Notes under the pieces: model-generated
The model's database searches: none
Seen by the model: only the letters and a program-made list of their open reading frames with translations
Told to the model about the DNA's origin: nothing
Translations under genes and position numbers: made by a program
Source: an uncultured Clostridia bacterium
GTDB lineage: Bacteria > Bacillota > Clostridia > Christensenellales > Aristaeellaceae
DNA: 53,882 nucleotides
Assembly (NCBI GenBank): GCA_945877525.1
Contig: CAMDVP010000001.1
Coordinates: 1-53,882 of the forward strand
Direction: 5' to 3'
In this document: in pieces, positions 37,568 to 45,514 of the stretch
Layout of the letters: the number at the start of each line of letters is the position of its first letter
Numbering within the stretch: position 1 is the stretch's first letter

Positions 37568-38521
37568 CTACTCTTGGACTGCCATGACAATCAGCCGTCC
37601 GCTGGCTCCCCCATAGCTGCGGTCGCAGGTAATCAGCGTCAGGATATGGTCATCTTCTTTCACCTCGACACCCGTGCTGTACAGTGCCTTCCGCTTGGCA
37701 CGGTTCACGAACTGAAGAAACGCCTTGCCACTGCCAAAGGACGCAGCAGCCGGGTCCCAATCGCTGACTTTCATGTTCAGCACGGCAAAGATGCGGTAGC
37801 TGCGCCTGCCGTAGATACTGTCCAGCGTGATGACGCTGTGCTCCGCGTAATACGCTTCCTGCTTATAGTCAATCAGGGTGCTGAACATCGCGTCGCTGTG
37901 GCTCAGATGGTGCCCATAGATGGCAATGTTCTGGCTGGGTTTTCGATAGTCTGAGCTTTTCAATGAAAACAGGCATCCCAGCTTGCTTTTCTTCCCATTG
38001 AACAGGTGGCTCAGGTAGTACGCGGAATCATCCGAGCGCACGACAGGGTAGCTGATCACGGTGCCGGGAATCGAAAGCCAGGCAACGAAGTCCTTGTTTT
38101 GGGCCAGACACGCCTCCAGATCAATGCCGGAATCGACAACAGAATGAGCATCCGGGGAGGGAGAAGCGGTCTGCTGGGGATTCGGTGTATTGGGTGGTAG
38201 AGAAGAGGATGCCCAAACATCGGTTGCCATGCCCGCCTGAGGATACGACTCTGCTACCGGCAACGGCGAGGGTTCTGCGTCGTTCTCTGTGCTGCCGGTT
38301 GGCGCAGGAAGCGGAATGATCGGCATAGGGCTGGGGGATGGAGCATGAATGCTCATCTCTGCAATCGCCGCATACGCATTCTCATCCGCTCGGTACGCAG
38401 CCAGTTCCGAGGCGAGCGGCAGCACAAACGCTGCTGCACCGCTGATGAACATAGCGAGCAGCAATATGGAAGAAAGGGCTATTCTATGTTTCTGCAAGCA
38501 ATCACTCCAATCAAAAAGCAC
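37568..38521 (-). CDS. srtB: Class B sortase
   Basis: NKDFVAWLSIPGTVISYPVV, catalytic His in IAIYGHH and catalytic Cys in TLITCD, with an N-terminal TM segment. The start is uncertain: GTG at 38521, or TTG at 38497 after GGAGTGA. Confidence 0.85.
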   Translation of the reverse strand: MLFDWSDCLQKHRIALSSILLLAMFISGAAAFVLPLASELAAYRADENAYAAIAEMSIHAPSPSPMPIIPLPAPTGSTENDAEPSPLPVAESYPQAGMATDVWASSSLPPNTPNPQQTASPSPDAHSVVDSGIDLEACLAQNKDFVAWLSIPGTVISYPVVRSDDSAYYLSHLFNGKKSKLGCLFSLKSSDYRKPSQNIAIYGHHLSHSDAMFSTLIDYKQEAYYAEHSVITLDSIYGRRSYRIFAVLNMKVSDWDPAAASFGSGKAFLQFVNRAKRKALYSTGVEVKEDDHILTLITCDRSYGGASGRLIVMAVQE

Positions 38522-38543
38522 ACCCGCATTTCATCAGGTGTGC

Positions 38544-39482
38544 TCATCGTTCTTGTGCTCTCTGGCGGCTTCTCAGCCAGTTATCCAGCAGCTTTATGAT
38601 GACCTTTTCCATCTGCTTCGCCGTATAGGATTTGGGGAAATACTTTTTCAGCGTGTCATGGCTGAGCGTGACCGAGTTATAAAGAGGTTTCTTTTCCTCC
38701 GACATGATCTCCATCACGCCCTGCTCCGACAGCGTTCCTTCTTTGCTTTCCTTTTTGATACGTTGGGCCTGCGAAAGCGAGGGAGTCTGTTGCGTGACTT
38801 CAAGCGCGTTTTGCAGCCACTGCTGCTCCTCCGGCTTCAAATAGGAAAGCTCAACGGCGGGCGTAAAGGCCAGTTCGCCGCTATCCACCTTATCACGCAA
38901 GGGCTGTTCGAGGCTGTTAAGCCGGATATAGCGATGAATCTGATTCTTACTATCCGGGGCATCTTCAGCCAAAATTTCAAGCGAGCGCTTACCATCGGAA
39001 TTGTTCCCAAGTTGGGAACAATTTTCTCTTGAAGGCCGACCAGCCTTTCTTCTGATGGCTTCCAGCTTCATCTGATATGCCTTTGCCCGTTCACTTGGCA
39101 GGATATTCTCGCGTTGGAGATTGCTGTCCACCATGATGATTACCGATTCATCATCATCGAGGTCGCGGACAATAACCGGCATGGTGTCCATGCCTGCCAG
39201 CTCACAGGCACGTTTTCGCCGGTGTCCTGCGACGATCTCATACCCGCCATCCTCCATAGGACGCGCAATGGCCGGCACCAGCACCCCATACGCCTTGACG
39301 CTCTCCACGGTTTCCATCATGCGATCATCATCCACAACGCGGAATGGATGATCTTTGAATGGATGCAGCTCAGAAAGAGGGATCTGCTGAATCTGTTCCC
39401 GCGCATCTGCCTGCCGTGTTTCCTCCGTGGAAAAGAGATCATCGTATGAGGTCAGACTGATGTTTCTGCCGCTGCCTTTCAA
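38544..39482 (-). CDS. parB: ParB/Spo0J-family partition/nuclease-like protein
   Basis: ParB N-terminal domain: IPLSELHPFKDHPFRV...YEIVAGHRRKRACELAG...DSNLQRENILPSE. Confidence 0.85.
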   Translation of the reverse strand: MKGSGRNISLTSYDDLFSTEETRQADAREQIQQIPLSELHPFKDHPFRVVDDDRMMETVESVKAYGVLVPAIARPMEDGGYEIVAGHRRKRACELAGMDTMPVIVRDLDDDESVIIMVDSNLQRENILPSERAKAYQMKLEAIRRKAGRPSRENCSQLGNNSDGKRSLEILAEDAPDSKNQIHRYIRLNSLEQPLRDKVDSGELAFTPAVELSYLKPEEQQWLQNALEVTQQTPSLSQAQRIKKESKEGTLSEQGVMEIMSEEKKPLYNSVTLSHDTLKKYFPKSYTAKQMEKVIIKLLDNWLRSRQRAQER

Positions 39483-40263
39483 GCTGCAACACCTCCTTTG
39501 TCAGCGCATGATATGCCTGCGCAACCTTGCCCGCAGGATCATGTGCGAAGATGCTTTTTCCCTCGGCGCTGATTTCCGCCGCGCGTACTGAACGGGGAAT
39601 CTCTGTATCAAACACCTTGATTCTGGAACCATAGGTGCTGCGAAGCAGGGAAGCAATCTCGCGGCTGTTGTTTGTACGGCTGTCAACCATGGTCAGCAGA
39701 ACGCCATCGATGCGCAGCTTGTGGTTGATGTTTCGCTTCACGCGGGCAACAGTAGCCAAAAGCTGCTCAACGCCTTTTGCCGAAAGATACTGAGCCTGGA
39801 CAGGAATGATAATCCGATCAGCAGCAGCCAGTGCGTTGATCGTCAGCATTCCGAGCGAAGGACCACAGTCCAGCAGAATGTGATCATAGTCTTTGCGGTA
39901 ATTGGCAAGCACCTGCTTGAGTGTAGTCTCCCTGCTCATGGCGTTGACGAGGGACACTTCCATGCCAGCCAGCGTAATGTTCGCAGGAAGAATATCCACG
40001 CCTTCCTCATGGTGAAGAATACCCTCCCCATGAGAAAGTGGCACATCATTGAGTACCTTGCACATGAGATCGCTCAGCGTCACTGGCAGGGCATCTGGCT
40101 GAGAATGGCCAAGACTGATGGTCGCACTACCTTGGGGATCACAATCAGCGATGAGCACCTTCTTTCCTTCACGGGCGAGGTCAATACCCAGGTTTACGCA
40201 ACTGGTCGTTTTACCGGTACCGCCCTTCTGGTTGACAATCCCGATAATGTTTGCTTCGGCCAT
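39439..40263 (-). CDS. parA: ParA-family ATPase
   Basis: Deviant Walker A NQKGGTGKTT. ATG at 40263 follows AAAGGAGG. The 3' end overlaps parB by 44 nt. Confidence 0.9.
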   Translation of the reverse strand: MAEANIIGIVNQKGGTGKTTSCVNLGIDLAREGKKVLIADCDPQGSATISLGHSQPDALPVTLSDLMCKVLNDVPLSHGEGILHHEEGVDILPANITLAGMEVSLVNAMSRETTLKQVLANYRKDYDHILLDCGPSLGMLTINALAAADRIIIPVQAQYLSAKGVEQLLATVARVKRNINHKLRIDGVLLTMVDSRTNNSREIASLLRSTYGSRIKVFDTEIPRSVRAAEISAEGKSIFAHDPAGKVAQAYHALTKEVLQLERQRQKHQSDLIR

Positions 40264-40378
40264 GATCAAACCTCCTTTCGTTGGGCCAGCCATAATAGAT
40301 AATCATCCGTCGTGAAGGATAAAGAAAAGCACCAGGCTGCGTGGCCTGATGCTCTCTCGTCCTTTTTTGACAGTTTAC

Positions 40379-40407
40379 ATTATAGCACATATTGCCTTGG
40401 GCGTCTC
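40379..40407 (-). promoter_or_regulatory. Candidate extended -10 promoter for parA and the long leftward operon
   Basis: Minus strand has TGcTATAAT (40387->40379). The -35 is weak (GAGACG). Confidence 0.4.
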
Positions 40408-40443
40408 GCGACTTTTGGCGACATCGTGCGACATCATGCGACA
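40408..40443. repeat. Four direct GCGACA repeats at exact 10-bp phasing upstream of the parA promoter
   Basis: GCGAC(T/A) starts at 40408, 40418, 40428 and 40438. It reads TGTCGC on the coding strand of parA. Confidence 0.7.
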
Positions 40444-40447
40444 ACTT

Positions 40448-40906
40448 TCAGGAATCGTTTCGGGACAAACTCGAGAGATCACCGTTCTCGATCAGATCGT
40501 TAAGCTTAATCTGAAATTCAGCCAATGCGTCAATCATACGGCGCTCAATCTGCCGCCTCGACAAAAACAGGACAACCCCAAGCTCTTTCACAGATTTTCC
40601 TTCGATAAAGCGTCCGGAAAGCACGGTTGCATATTCGGGCTCCATTTTATCCAGTATGGTCAGGATTTCCCTCTGCCGTTTACACATACTGTTTCTCAGC
40701 TCCGAGATTTCTTCTTCGATATCGAGGATCATCGCCATTGTATCGGCCATTGTACTGACATTCGTGGTATGTGAGACCCGCTCCTTGTCCATTGGCGCAG
40801 TGATATTGCCTAAAGAGTCCCGCAGATGCTGTGCCTGGCGGATTTTGAGCTGTATTTTTTTCTCCATTGTTCGGATTGAATCAAGATAATCAAATGCCTT
40901 CAACAT
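40448..40906 (-). CDS. Sigma-70 region-4-like HTH protein (DUF1492/ArpU/RinA-like activator)
   Basis: C-terminus ATVLSGRFIEGKSVKELGVVLFLSRRQIERRMIDAL. ATG at 40906 follows GGAGGTG. Confidence 0.55.
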   Translation of the reverse strand: MLKAFDYLDSIRTMEKKIQLKIRQAQHLRDSLGNITAPMDKERVSHTTNVSTMADTMAMILDIEEEISELRNSMCKRQREILTILDKMEPEYATVLSGRFIEGKSVKELGVVLFLSRRQIERRMIDALAEFQIKLNDLIENGDLSSLSRNDS

Positions 40907-41174
40907 TGCCCAACACCTCCAAATCAAGCATCTTCAGAATTGCGGGGCCATTGTCCAGCCCGCTGAGTTTTTGGTACCAGATACCGAAGAAAAACTGGCT
41001 GATCGAGGTCATTTGTTGTCGGATATGCTTTTGCTCAGGGATACTTGGACTCTTATCAAGCTTCTTTGCCAAGTGTCTGTAATCGTCAGCAGCCTGTTTA
41101 ATCACAGCAATAGCAAGCTCCTGATAAGGATCACAAACCTGATTATCAGTTGTTTCAGGATGGATCAGCTTCAT
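40890..41174 (-). CDS. Hypothetical protein
   Basis: 94 aa with SD GGGAGGAAACGA and an ATGA overlap with the upstream gene. Confidence 0.5.
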   Translation of the reverse strand: MKLIHPETTDNQVCDPYQELAIAVIKQAADDYRHLAKKLDKSPSIPEQKHIRQQMTSISQFFFGIWYQKLSGLDNGPAILKMLDLEVLGNVEGI

Positions 41175-41452
41175 TCGTTTCCTCCCGTTCCGTTCAATTT
41201 GGTTGCCTCAGGCTTCGGCCAGGCCTTTACCCAGGTCAGTGAGTCATAATAGGCTTTGCGCTGCTTTTTCCGAATCAACCGCTGTTGCTTTTCACTCTCC
41301 GTTTTTTTGAGAGCTTCAATAGCTGCGGCTGCTTCGGCGGCCTTCTTCTGTTTCTGTGCAGCCATTCTTCTCTTCTTTCGTTCTTCATAAGCGATACGAG
41401 CAAATGCACGTCCTACCGTGGGATCGGCGTAGCCTTCACAGTTCCTGTACAA
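41171..41452 (-). CDS. Hypothetical small basic protein
   Basis: TTG start follows AAGGAGGT. The N-terminus CEGYADPTVGRA resembles small phage/ICE proteins, and the centre is a Lys/Ala-rich helix. Confidence 0.5.
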   Translation of the reverse strand: MYRNCEGYADPTVGRAFARIAYEERKKRRMAAQKQKKAAEAAAAIEALKKTESEKQQRLIRKKQRKAYYDSLTWVKAWPKPEATKLNGTGGNE

Positions 41453-41930
41453 ATTCAGCTACCTCCTTGGTATTCTCTTTTGCCTTAAATTCCATATGTT
41501 CATAGATTGCAATCAACAGACTGCGCATCAGCGGGTATTCCTGCCATTTGGCATCAAGCTCTCCGACCTCTTGGGCCGCGTCTGACCACCACTCAACCGC
41601 ATCATCACTCTGGTTTGCCGGTGGGTCACAGTACTTGGAGTAGAAGGTAAATGCTTCCCGGAAGATCGTCCGATCCTCACGGGTTACACAGTCGGAAGCG
41701 GTTTTCTCATCTGTCTTGGTGCCAATGTAGTCATAGATGGCAAACAGAAGACTGCGCATCAGCGGGTATTCCTGCCATTTGGCATCGAGGGCTCCGACCT
41801 CCCGGGCTGCGTCTGACCACCATTCAACCGCTTCATCACTTCGATTTGAGGGCGGATTGCAGTATGAGGAGTAGAAGATAAATACTTCCCGAAAGATCAT
41901 CCTCTCCTGATGTGTCACACAATCGTGCAT
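41436..41930 (-). CDS. Hypothetical protein made of two tandem 77-aa repeats
   Basis: The repeat unit CVT(H/R)..R.IFRE.F.FYS.YC.PP.N.SD.AVEWWSDAA.EVG.LDAKWQEYPLMRSLL.AIY occurs twice. ATG at 41930 follows TGGAGGA. Confidence 0.6.
   Translation of the reverse strand: MHDCVTHQERMIFREVFIFYSSYCNPPSNRSDEAVEWWSDAAREVGALDAKWQEYPLMRSLLFAIYDYIGTKTDEKTASDCVTREDRTIFREAFTFYSKYCDPPANQSDDAVEWWSDAAQEVGELDAKWQEYPLMRSLLIAIYEHMEFKAKENTKEVAEFVQEL
41460..41921 (-). repeat. In-frame tandem duplication, 2 x 231 bp
   Basis: Period 231 bp. A 38-nt identical stretch AGACTGCGCATCAGCGGGTATTCCTGCCATTTGGCATC starts at 41518 and again at 41749. Confidence 0.85.
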
Positions 41931-41932
41931 GG

Positions 41933-43969
41933 TTACGTCCTCCATTCTTCGGGAAGTTCGGCATCATCGACAGGCGTGAATTCGTGCATGGAGACTTGGG
42001 AAATTCTCTCGCTCCATGCGTGCTGTGGCGGTAAGCCCTTAACATCCGACATGGTTCGACTGCGTTTGTCGAAATACAGCATTACCATTTCATCCACTAC
42101 GCCAAGGTCACGGTTTTTCATGATCTCCAGCGCATTTCCTGTACCATCAGGAATGACCAGCTTGGGGTACACCATCTTGTAGCGTGATAGAAAATCTGCA
42201 TTGATCCGGTGAACCATGAATACATTGTCCGCTACATTGGTAATGTCGGACGTGCCACTGATGTCTCCTTTACGAAGAAATGCTTCGGTTTTGCGCGGGT
42301 GACAGATGAAGTGCAGATGGATGTTCAGTTCCTTTGCCATTGCTGAAAACCGCTTGACAATTCGCGTCTGCATATCGTATTTGTCCAGTGCACCGGTGGG
42401 AAGATCCAGCGCCATCAGGTTATCAATGATGGCAACAGATGCGCTGTTCTGCTTGACCCAGTCATAGACCGTATTCAACACTACTTCCCAGTCCGTTCCG
42501 AAGTCGTTGTCGTAGATGGCGAGCATACCGGAAAGCATGTCGTCCAGCTTTTGTTCGATACCCGGCTTCAGGCAATAGTGTCCGTGGCTCAACTTATCGG
42601 CTTCAACATTCTCTGGCCCCGCTGCTTGAAGAAGAATCCACTCGCGGACGCGGGATGCTGTCATTTCCCCAGAGAATAGTGCCACCTTGTATCCCTGAGT
42701 GATAGCAGCCAGCCCCAGCTGGCTCACGAGCGTACTCTTCCCGGATGCGTTGCTGCCACTCCAAACAGATAACTCACCTTTATTGAATCCACCAATCTTG
42801 GCATCCAGCTTGTCCAGGCGGGACCGTATCACGACGATTTTGCTGCGGTCATAGTTTGGAATTGAAGCAAAATCCAGCATCCGCGGATGAGTAGCCCCGC
42901 CCTCTATCGGGGATGAGCCAGACTGTGTTACCATTCTCTTTGGGGGCTCAAGAATTTTCGCAGCCTTATGGATGGAATAGGGGCTGTTTGCGTATGCTTC
43001 TGGATCGAGCTTCTCACGGAATTCGTGCCAATGATAGCCGGAGCAACTGTTGTGGAAACAGTGAAAGCCAAAGCTGCCGTCGTTGTAAGCAAATACCGCA
43101 GCATCACCATTGCGATGCGTACTATCAAAGGGACACTCTTCAAGCTGGTATTTGGTGCCGGTACTTATGACGATCTTCTTCAGGACTTGCACGGAATGGT
43201 CTGCCAGAAACTGCTCAAGGTTGAAAGCCTTTCCGTTGCGCTGCTTCGGATTCTCCGATGCCGATACCATGTCGCGGCGCACATTCGCTATGTTCTGTAC
43301 AAGCGCCATGGATGTTTCCTTAACCGGGTTGGGGTAACGGATTATCCTGCTGAAGCGATGCGGGCGTTCCGGCGTATCAGCGCCTTTTTGTGCCAATGTA
43401 CCATATAGCTTGGTTATCCGCGCTGGGTTAAACACAGAAGTGTCAATCTTTACGGTATCCGTGCTGAACCACATATCGAGTACCGCCAGCAAGTCGGCGA
43501 GTACTTGTTTTTCGTTGAGGCCTGCGTGAATCCTGAACAGAAGGTGATAGCCGTTGCCACTATCAGCGACGATCGGCTCACTGAAACCCATCGCCATCAG
43601 TTTCTTCATGGCTGTTCCCGCCACCTTACGGGCAGCTTCCTTCTCAGCCTTGGACGAACTGATACCGCTTGGCCTTACGGGATCGGCATCTACCAGAATC
43701 CATTGGTATCCGACAATGTCATTATCGCTGGTTGTTACATTCGGGCGCTCAACCAGCCTTTCATGCTGTTCTCTGGAATAGCACCCCTTCTTGATTCTGT
43801 TCAGTGTCTGATAAAAGGTTCTGTTAGGATACCGACTGAGCTCAGATTGAATGGCAGGACTGTTTGCTCTGAAGTAGCCGCTGACGATAGGCTTTGGCTC
43901 AATACTCCGAATTTCTACGATGTCCTCAGGGGCGTGGAGGAGGGAAAGCCAGTTTACCGAGAAACCCAT
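41933..43969 (-). CDS. Primase-helicase: AEP (Prim-Pol)-type primase, Cys/His zinc module and DnaB/RecA-like helicase ATPase
   Basis: AEP motifs WILVDADPVRP and ADSGNGYHLLF. Zinc-like module CPFDSTHRNG...FHCFHNSCSGYHWHEF. Walker A GSNASGKST and Walker B VAIIDNLMAL. ATG at 43969 follows GAGGAGGAAGAACT. Confidence 0.8.
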   Translation of the reverse strand: MGFSVNWLSLLHAPEDIVEIRSIEPKPIVSGYFRANSPAIQSELSRYPNRTFYQTLNRIKKGCYSREQHERLVERPNVTTSDNDIVGYQWILVDADPVRPSGISSSKAEKEAARKVAGTAMKKLMAMGFSEPIVADSGNGYHLLFRIHAGLNEKQVLADLLAVLDMWFSTDTVKIDTSVFNPARITKLYGTLAQKGADTPERPHRFSRIIRYPNPVKETSMALVQNIANVRRDMVSASENPKQRNGKAFNLEQFLADHSVQVLKKIVISTGTKYQLEECPFDSTHRNGDAAVFAYNDGSFGFHCFHNSCSGYHWHEFREKLDPEAYANSPYSIHKAAKILEPPKRMVTQSGSSPIEGGATHPRMLDFASIPNYDRSKIVVIRSRLDKLDAKIGGFNKGELSVWSGSNASGKSTLVSQLGLAAITQGYKVALFSGEMTASRVREWILLQAAGPENVEADKLSHGHYCLKPGIEQKLDDMLSGMLAIYDNDFGTDWEVVLNTVYDWVKQNSASVAIIDNLMALDLPTGALDKYDMQTRIVKRFSAMAKELNIHLHFICHPRKTEAFLRKGDISGTSDITNVADNVFMVHRINADFLSRYKMVYPKLVIPDGTGNALEIMKNRDLGVVDEMVMLYFDKRSRTMSDVKGLPPQHAWSERISQVSMHEFTPVDDAELPEEWRT

Positions 43970-44874
43970 AGTTCTTCCTCCTCGTCTTCTGCAGGCATAA
44001 CATAGTCTCGCCAGGTTTCTTTTTGCAGCCATTTGCTTATCCCCGGAATGAACCTTCCACCATCCTGCTGCCATGACTCAGAACACTTCGCAGCATTAAG
44101 GGCATCCATAATGGCTTGCGGTGTGGCTCCAAGAGAGATTGCCATTTGATACTGTCGAACTGCCTCGCTACGATCTGTGCGTCGGTCTTCAGGATAGGCG
44201 CACCACAACCCAACAAACCCATCCGGTTCACTTGAAAAGCATGTATTATTCTTATATTCTTGGTTAGGCCTAATTATTGGGCCACCACCGGCATGATTAT
44301 TAGGCCACTGTGGCCCGGTTTCTGGGCCATCGCCGGCCTGATTATTGGGCCACTGTGGCCTAATTTCCGAGCCACTCCCGGCCTGATTATTGGGCCACTG
44401 TGGCCTAATTTCCGAGCCATTCCCGGCCTGATTATTGGGCCACTGTGGCCTGGTTTCCGGGCCACAGGCGGTCTGATTATTGGGCCACTGTGATACGTGT
44501 GTTGTAACGGTAAGCGATTGGTTCCCTGACTCTTCTGAACTACCTGTTCTACGGCTGGTATAGCTGTCGAGCCAGCTCGTGACCCGAACCAGTGTTCCTG
44601 AGGATGTCTTTTTCATACAGATGCAACCAAGTTGCTCGAGTTCTGCGAATTTCTTTGCCAGTTTCTCGCGTGACCAGCGAAGTTCTGCAGCAGCATGACG
44701 AATAGACATTGGGAACTCGCCCGGATTGATTTTGTGTCCCTGCCAGAAATACGTATTCCAACTGGCTTTATACAGGCAGTAGTGATACAGCTTGAATAAG
44801 CCGTCATCGGGCCATATTGGACTACTTTGGAGGGACGGATACGACTTGACAAATCGCTCGTCCTTACTTGCCAT
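43954..44874 (-). CDS. Putative replication initiator/replisome organiser (winged-helix N-terminus, five 15-aa repeats, DnaD-like C-terminus)
   Basis: Its position directly upstream of the primase-helicase gene fits. The C-terminus reads WCAYPEDRR..SEA...Y......G...QAIMDAL......SWQQDGGRFIPGISKWLQKETWRDY. ATG at 44874 follows AAGGAGATTGTC. Confidence 0.55.
   Translation of the reverse strand: MASKDERFVKSYPSLQSSPIWPDDGLFKLYHYCLYKASWNTYFWQGHKINPGEFPMSIRHAAAELRWSREKLAKKFAELEQLGCICMKKTSSGTLVRVTSWLDSYTSRRTGSSEESGNQSLTVTTHVSQWPNNQTACGPETRPQWPNNQAGNGSEIRPQWPNNQAGSGSEIRPQWPNNQAGDGPETGPQWPNNHAGGGPIIRPNQEYKNNTCFSSEPDGFVGLWCAYPEDRRTDRSEAVRQYQMAISLGATPQAIMDALNAAKCSESWQQDGGRFIPGISKWLQKETWRDYVMPAEDEEEELWVSR
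44268..44492. repeat. About five tandem 45-bp repeats inside the initiator gene, each carrying the 13-bp palindrome GGCCACTGTGGCC; candidate iterons
   Basis: The palindrome occurs at 44303, 44348, 44393 and 44438, exactly 45 bp apart, with a truncated copy at 44483. Adjacent units differ by only 0-3 nt. Confidence 0.8.
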
Positions 44875-44987
44875 GACAATCTCCTTGTATTGGAGGTCGG
44901 CCGGCAGCACCAATGGCTGCCAGCCAAACCTCCGAATTTTTGAGCACTGTTACCGAAGTGCCGGTTCAACTTGTGCCGTTCATCGAA

Positions 44988-45425
44988 TCAGGGATGAATC
45001 ATCCCAAAGAGGAGGCTGCTCAGCAGCAAGCGTGCCTGCTGCTCATATTCCTCGTCCGGAAGCTGATCATTGCGGCATTCTTCTGCGCCATCACCTTCAT
45101 CATCATCCGGTTCATGCTGCCAACGCACTTCACCCTGTTCATCTGCTGCTTCGTCCGCTTCATATTCCTCATCATGCACATCATTGATTTCCTCCTCCGT
45201 TTCAATCACGGTGTCATTCTGATCATCGGTCACAAAGTGGCTGGAAACGTGAGCACACACATGCTCATTTACACAATACTCATGGATTGTCTCAATTCCC
45301 GATGTCTGGACAGCGCTTCCGAGCGACTGCTTCACGATATCAACAGATACAATAGTTTTGTTGGAACACAAAACTAATGAGGTGCTGGCAGCGTGATGAA
45401 GTGTGTTGTGAATCCTGTGCTGCAT
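44988..45425 (-). CDS. Hypothetical, strongly acidic protein
   Basis: Excellent SD AAGGAGGAAATCA. The C-terminal half is D/E-rich (DDQNDTVIETEEEINDVHDEEYEADEAADEQGE...DDDEGDGAEE). Confidence 0.55.
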   Translation of the reverse strand: MQHRIHNTLHHAASTSLVLCSNKTIVSVDIVKQSLGSAVQTSGIETIHEYCVNEHVCAHVSSHFVTDDQNDTVIETEEEINDVHDEEYEADEAADEQGEVRWQHEPDDDEGDGAEECRNDQLPDEEYEQQARLLLSSLLFGMIHP

Positions 45426-45514
45426 TGATTTCCTCCTTCTCAGGGAATTCGTATTTTCCCCTTCACTTAAGACATGGGTGAAAAACTGTCGAATGGAACC
45501 CTTGATACGGAAAT

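Noticed and set aside
19700-37587. Other long plus-strand ORFs (19700-21043, 24299-25723, 30642-32168, 32890-34371, 36019-37587, among others).
   Set aside because: All are antisense to recognisable minus-strand genes (NlpC/P60, VirB4, Cna-B proteins). They lack motifs and plausible ribosome-binding sites.
44268-44492. Whether the 45-bp tandem repeats could be a CRISPR array.
   Set aside because: The repeats abut directly with no unique spacers. They are in frame inside a coding sequence, and no cas genes are present.
44892-44932. A 15-bp imperfect hairpin upstream of the initiator gene, followed by TTTTT on the plus strand; a possible terminator of an antisense copy-control RNA.
   Set aside because: I found no convincing plus-strand promoter inside the 5' end of the initiator gene. 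The mismatches become G.U pairs on the minus strand, so it may simply be a leader structure of the rep mRNA. I noted it but did not call it.
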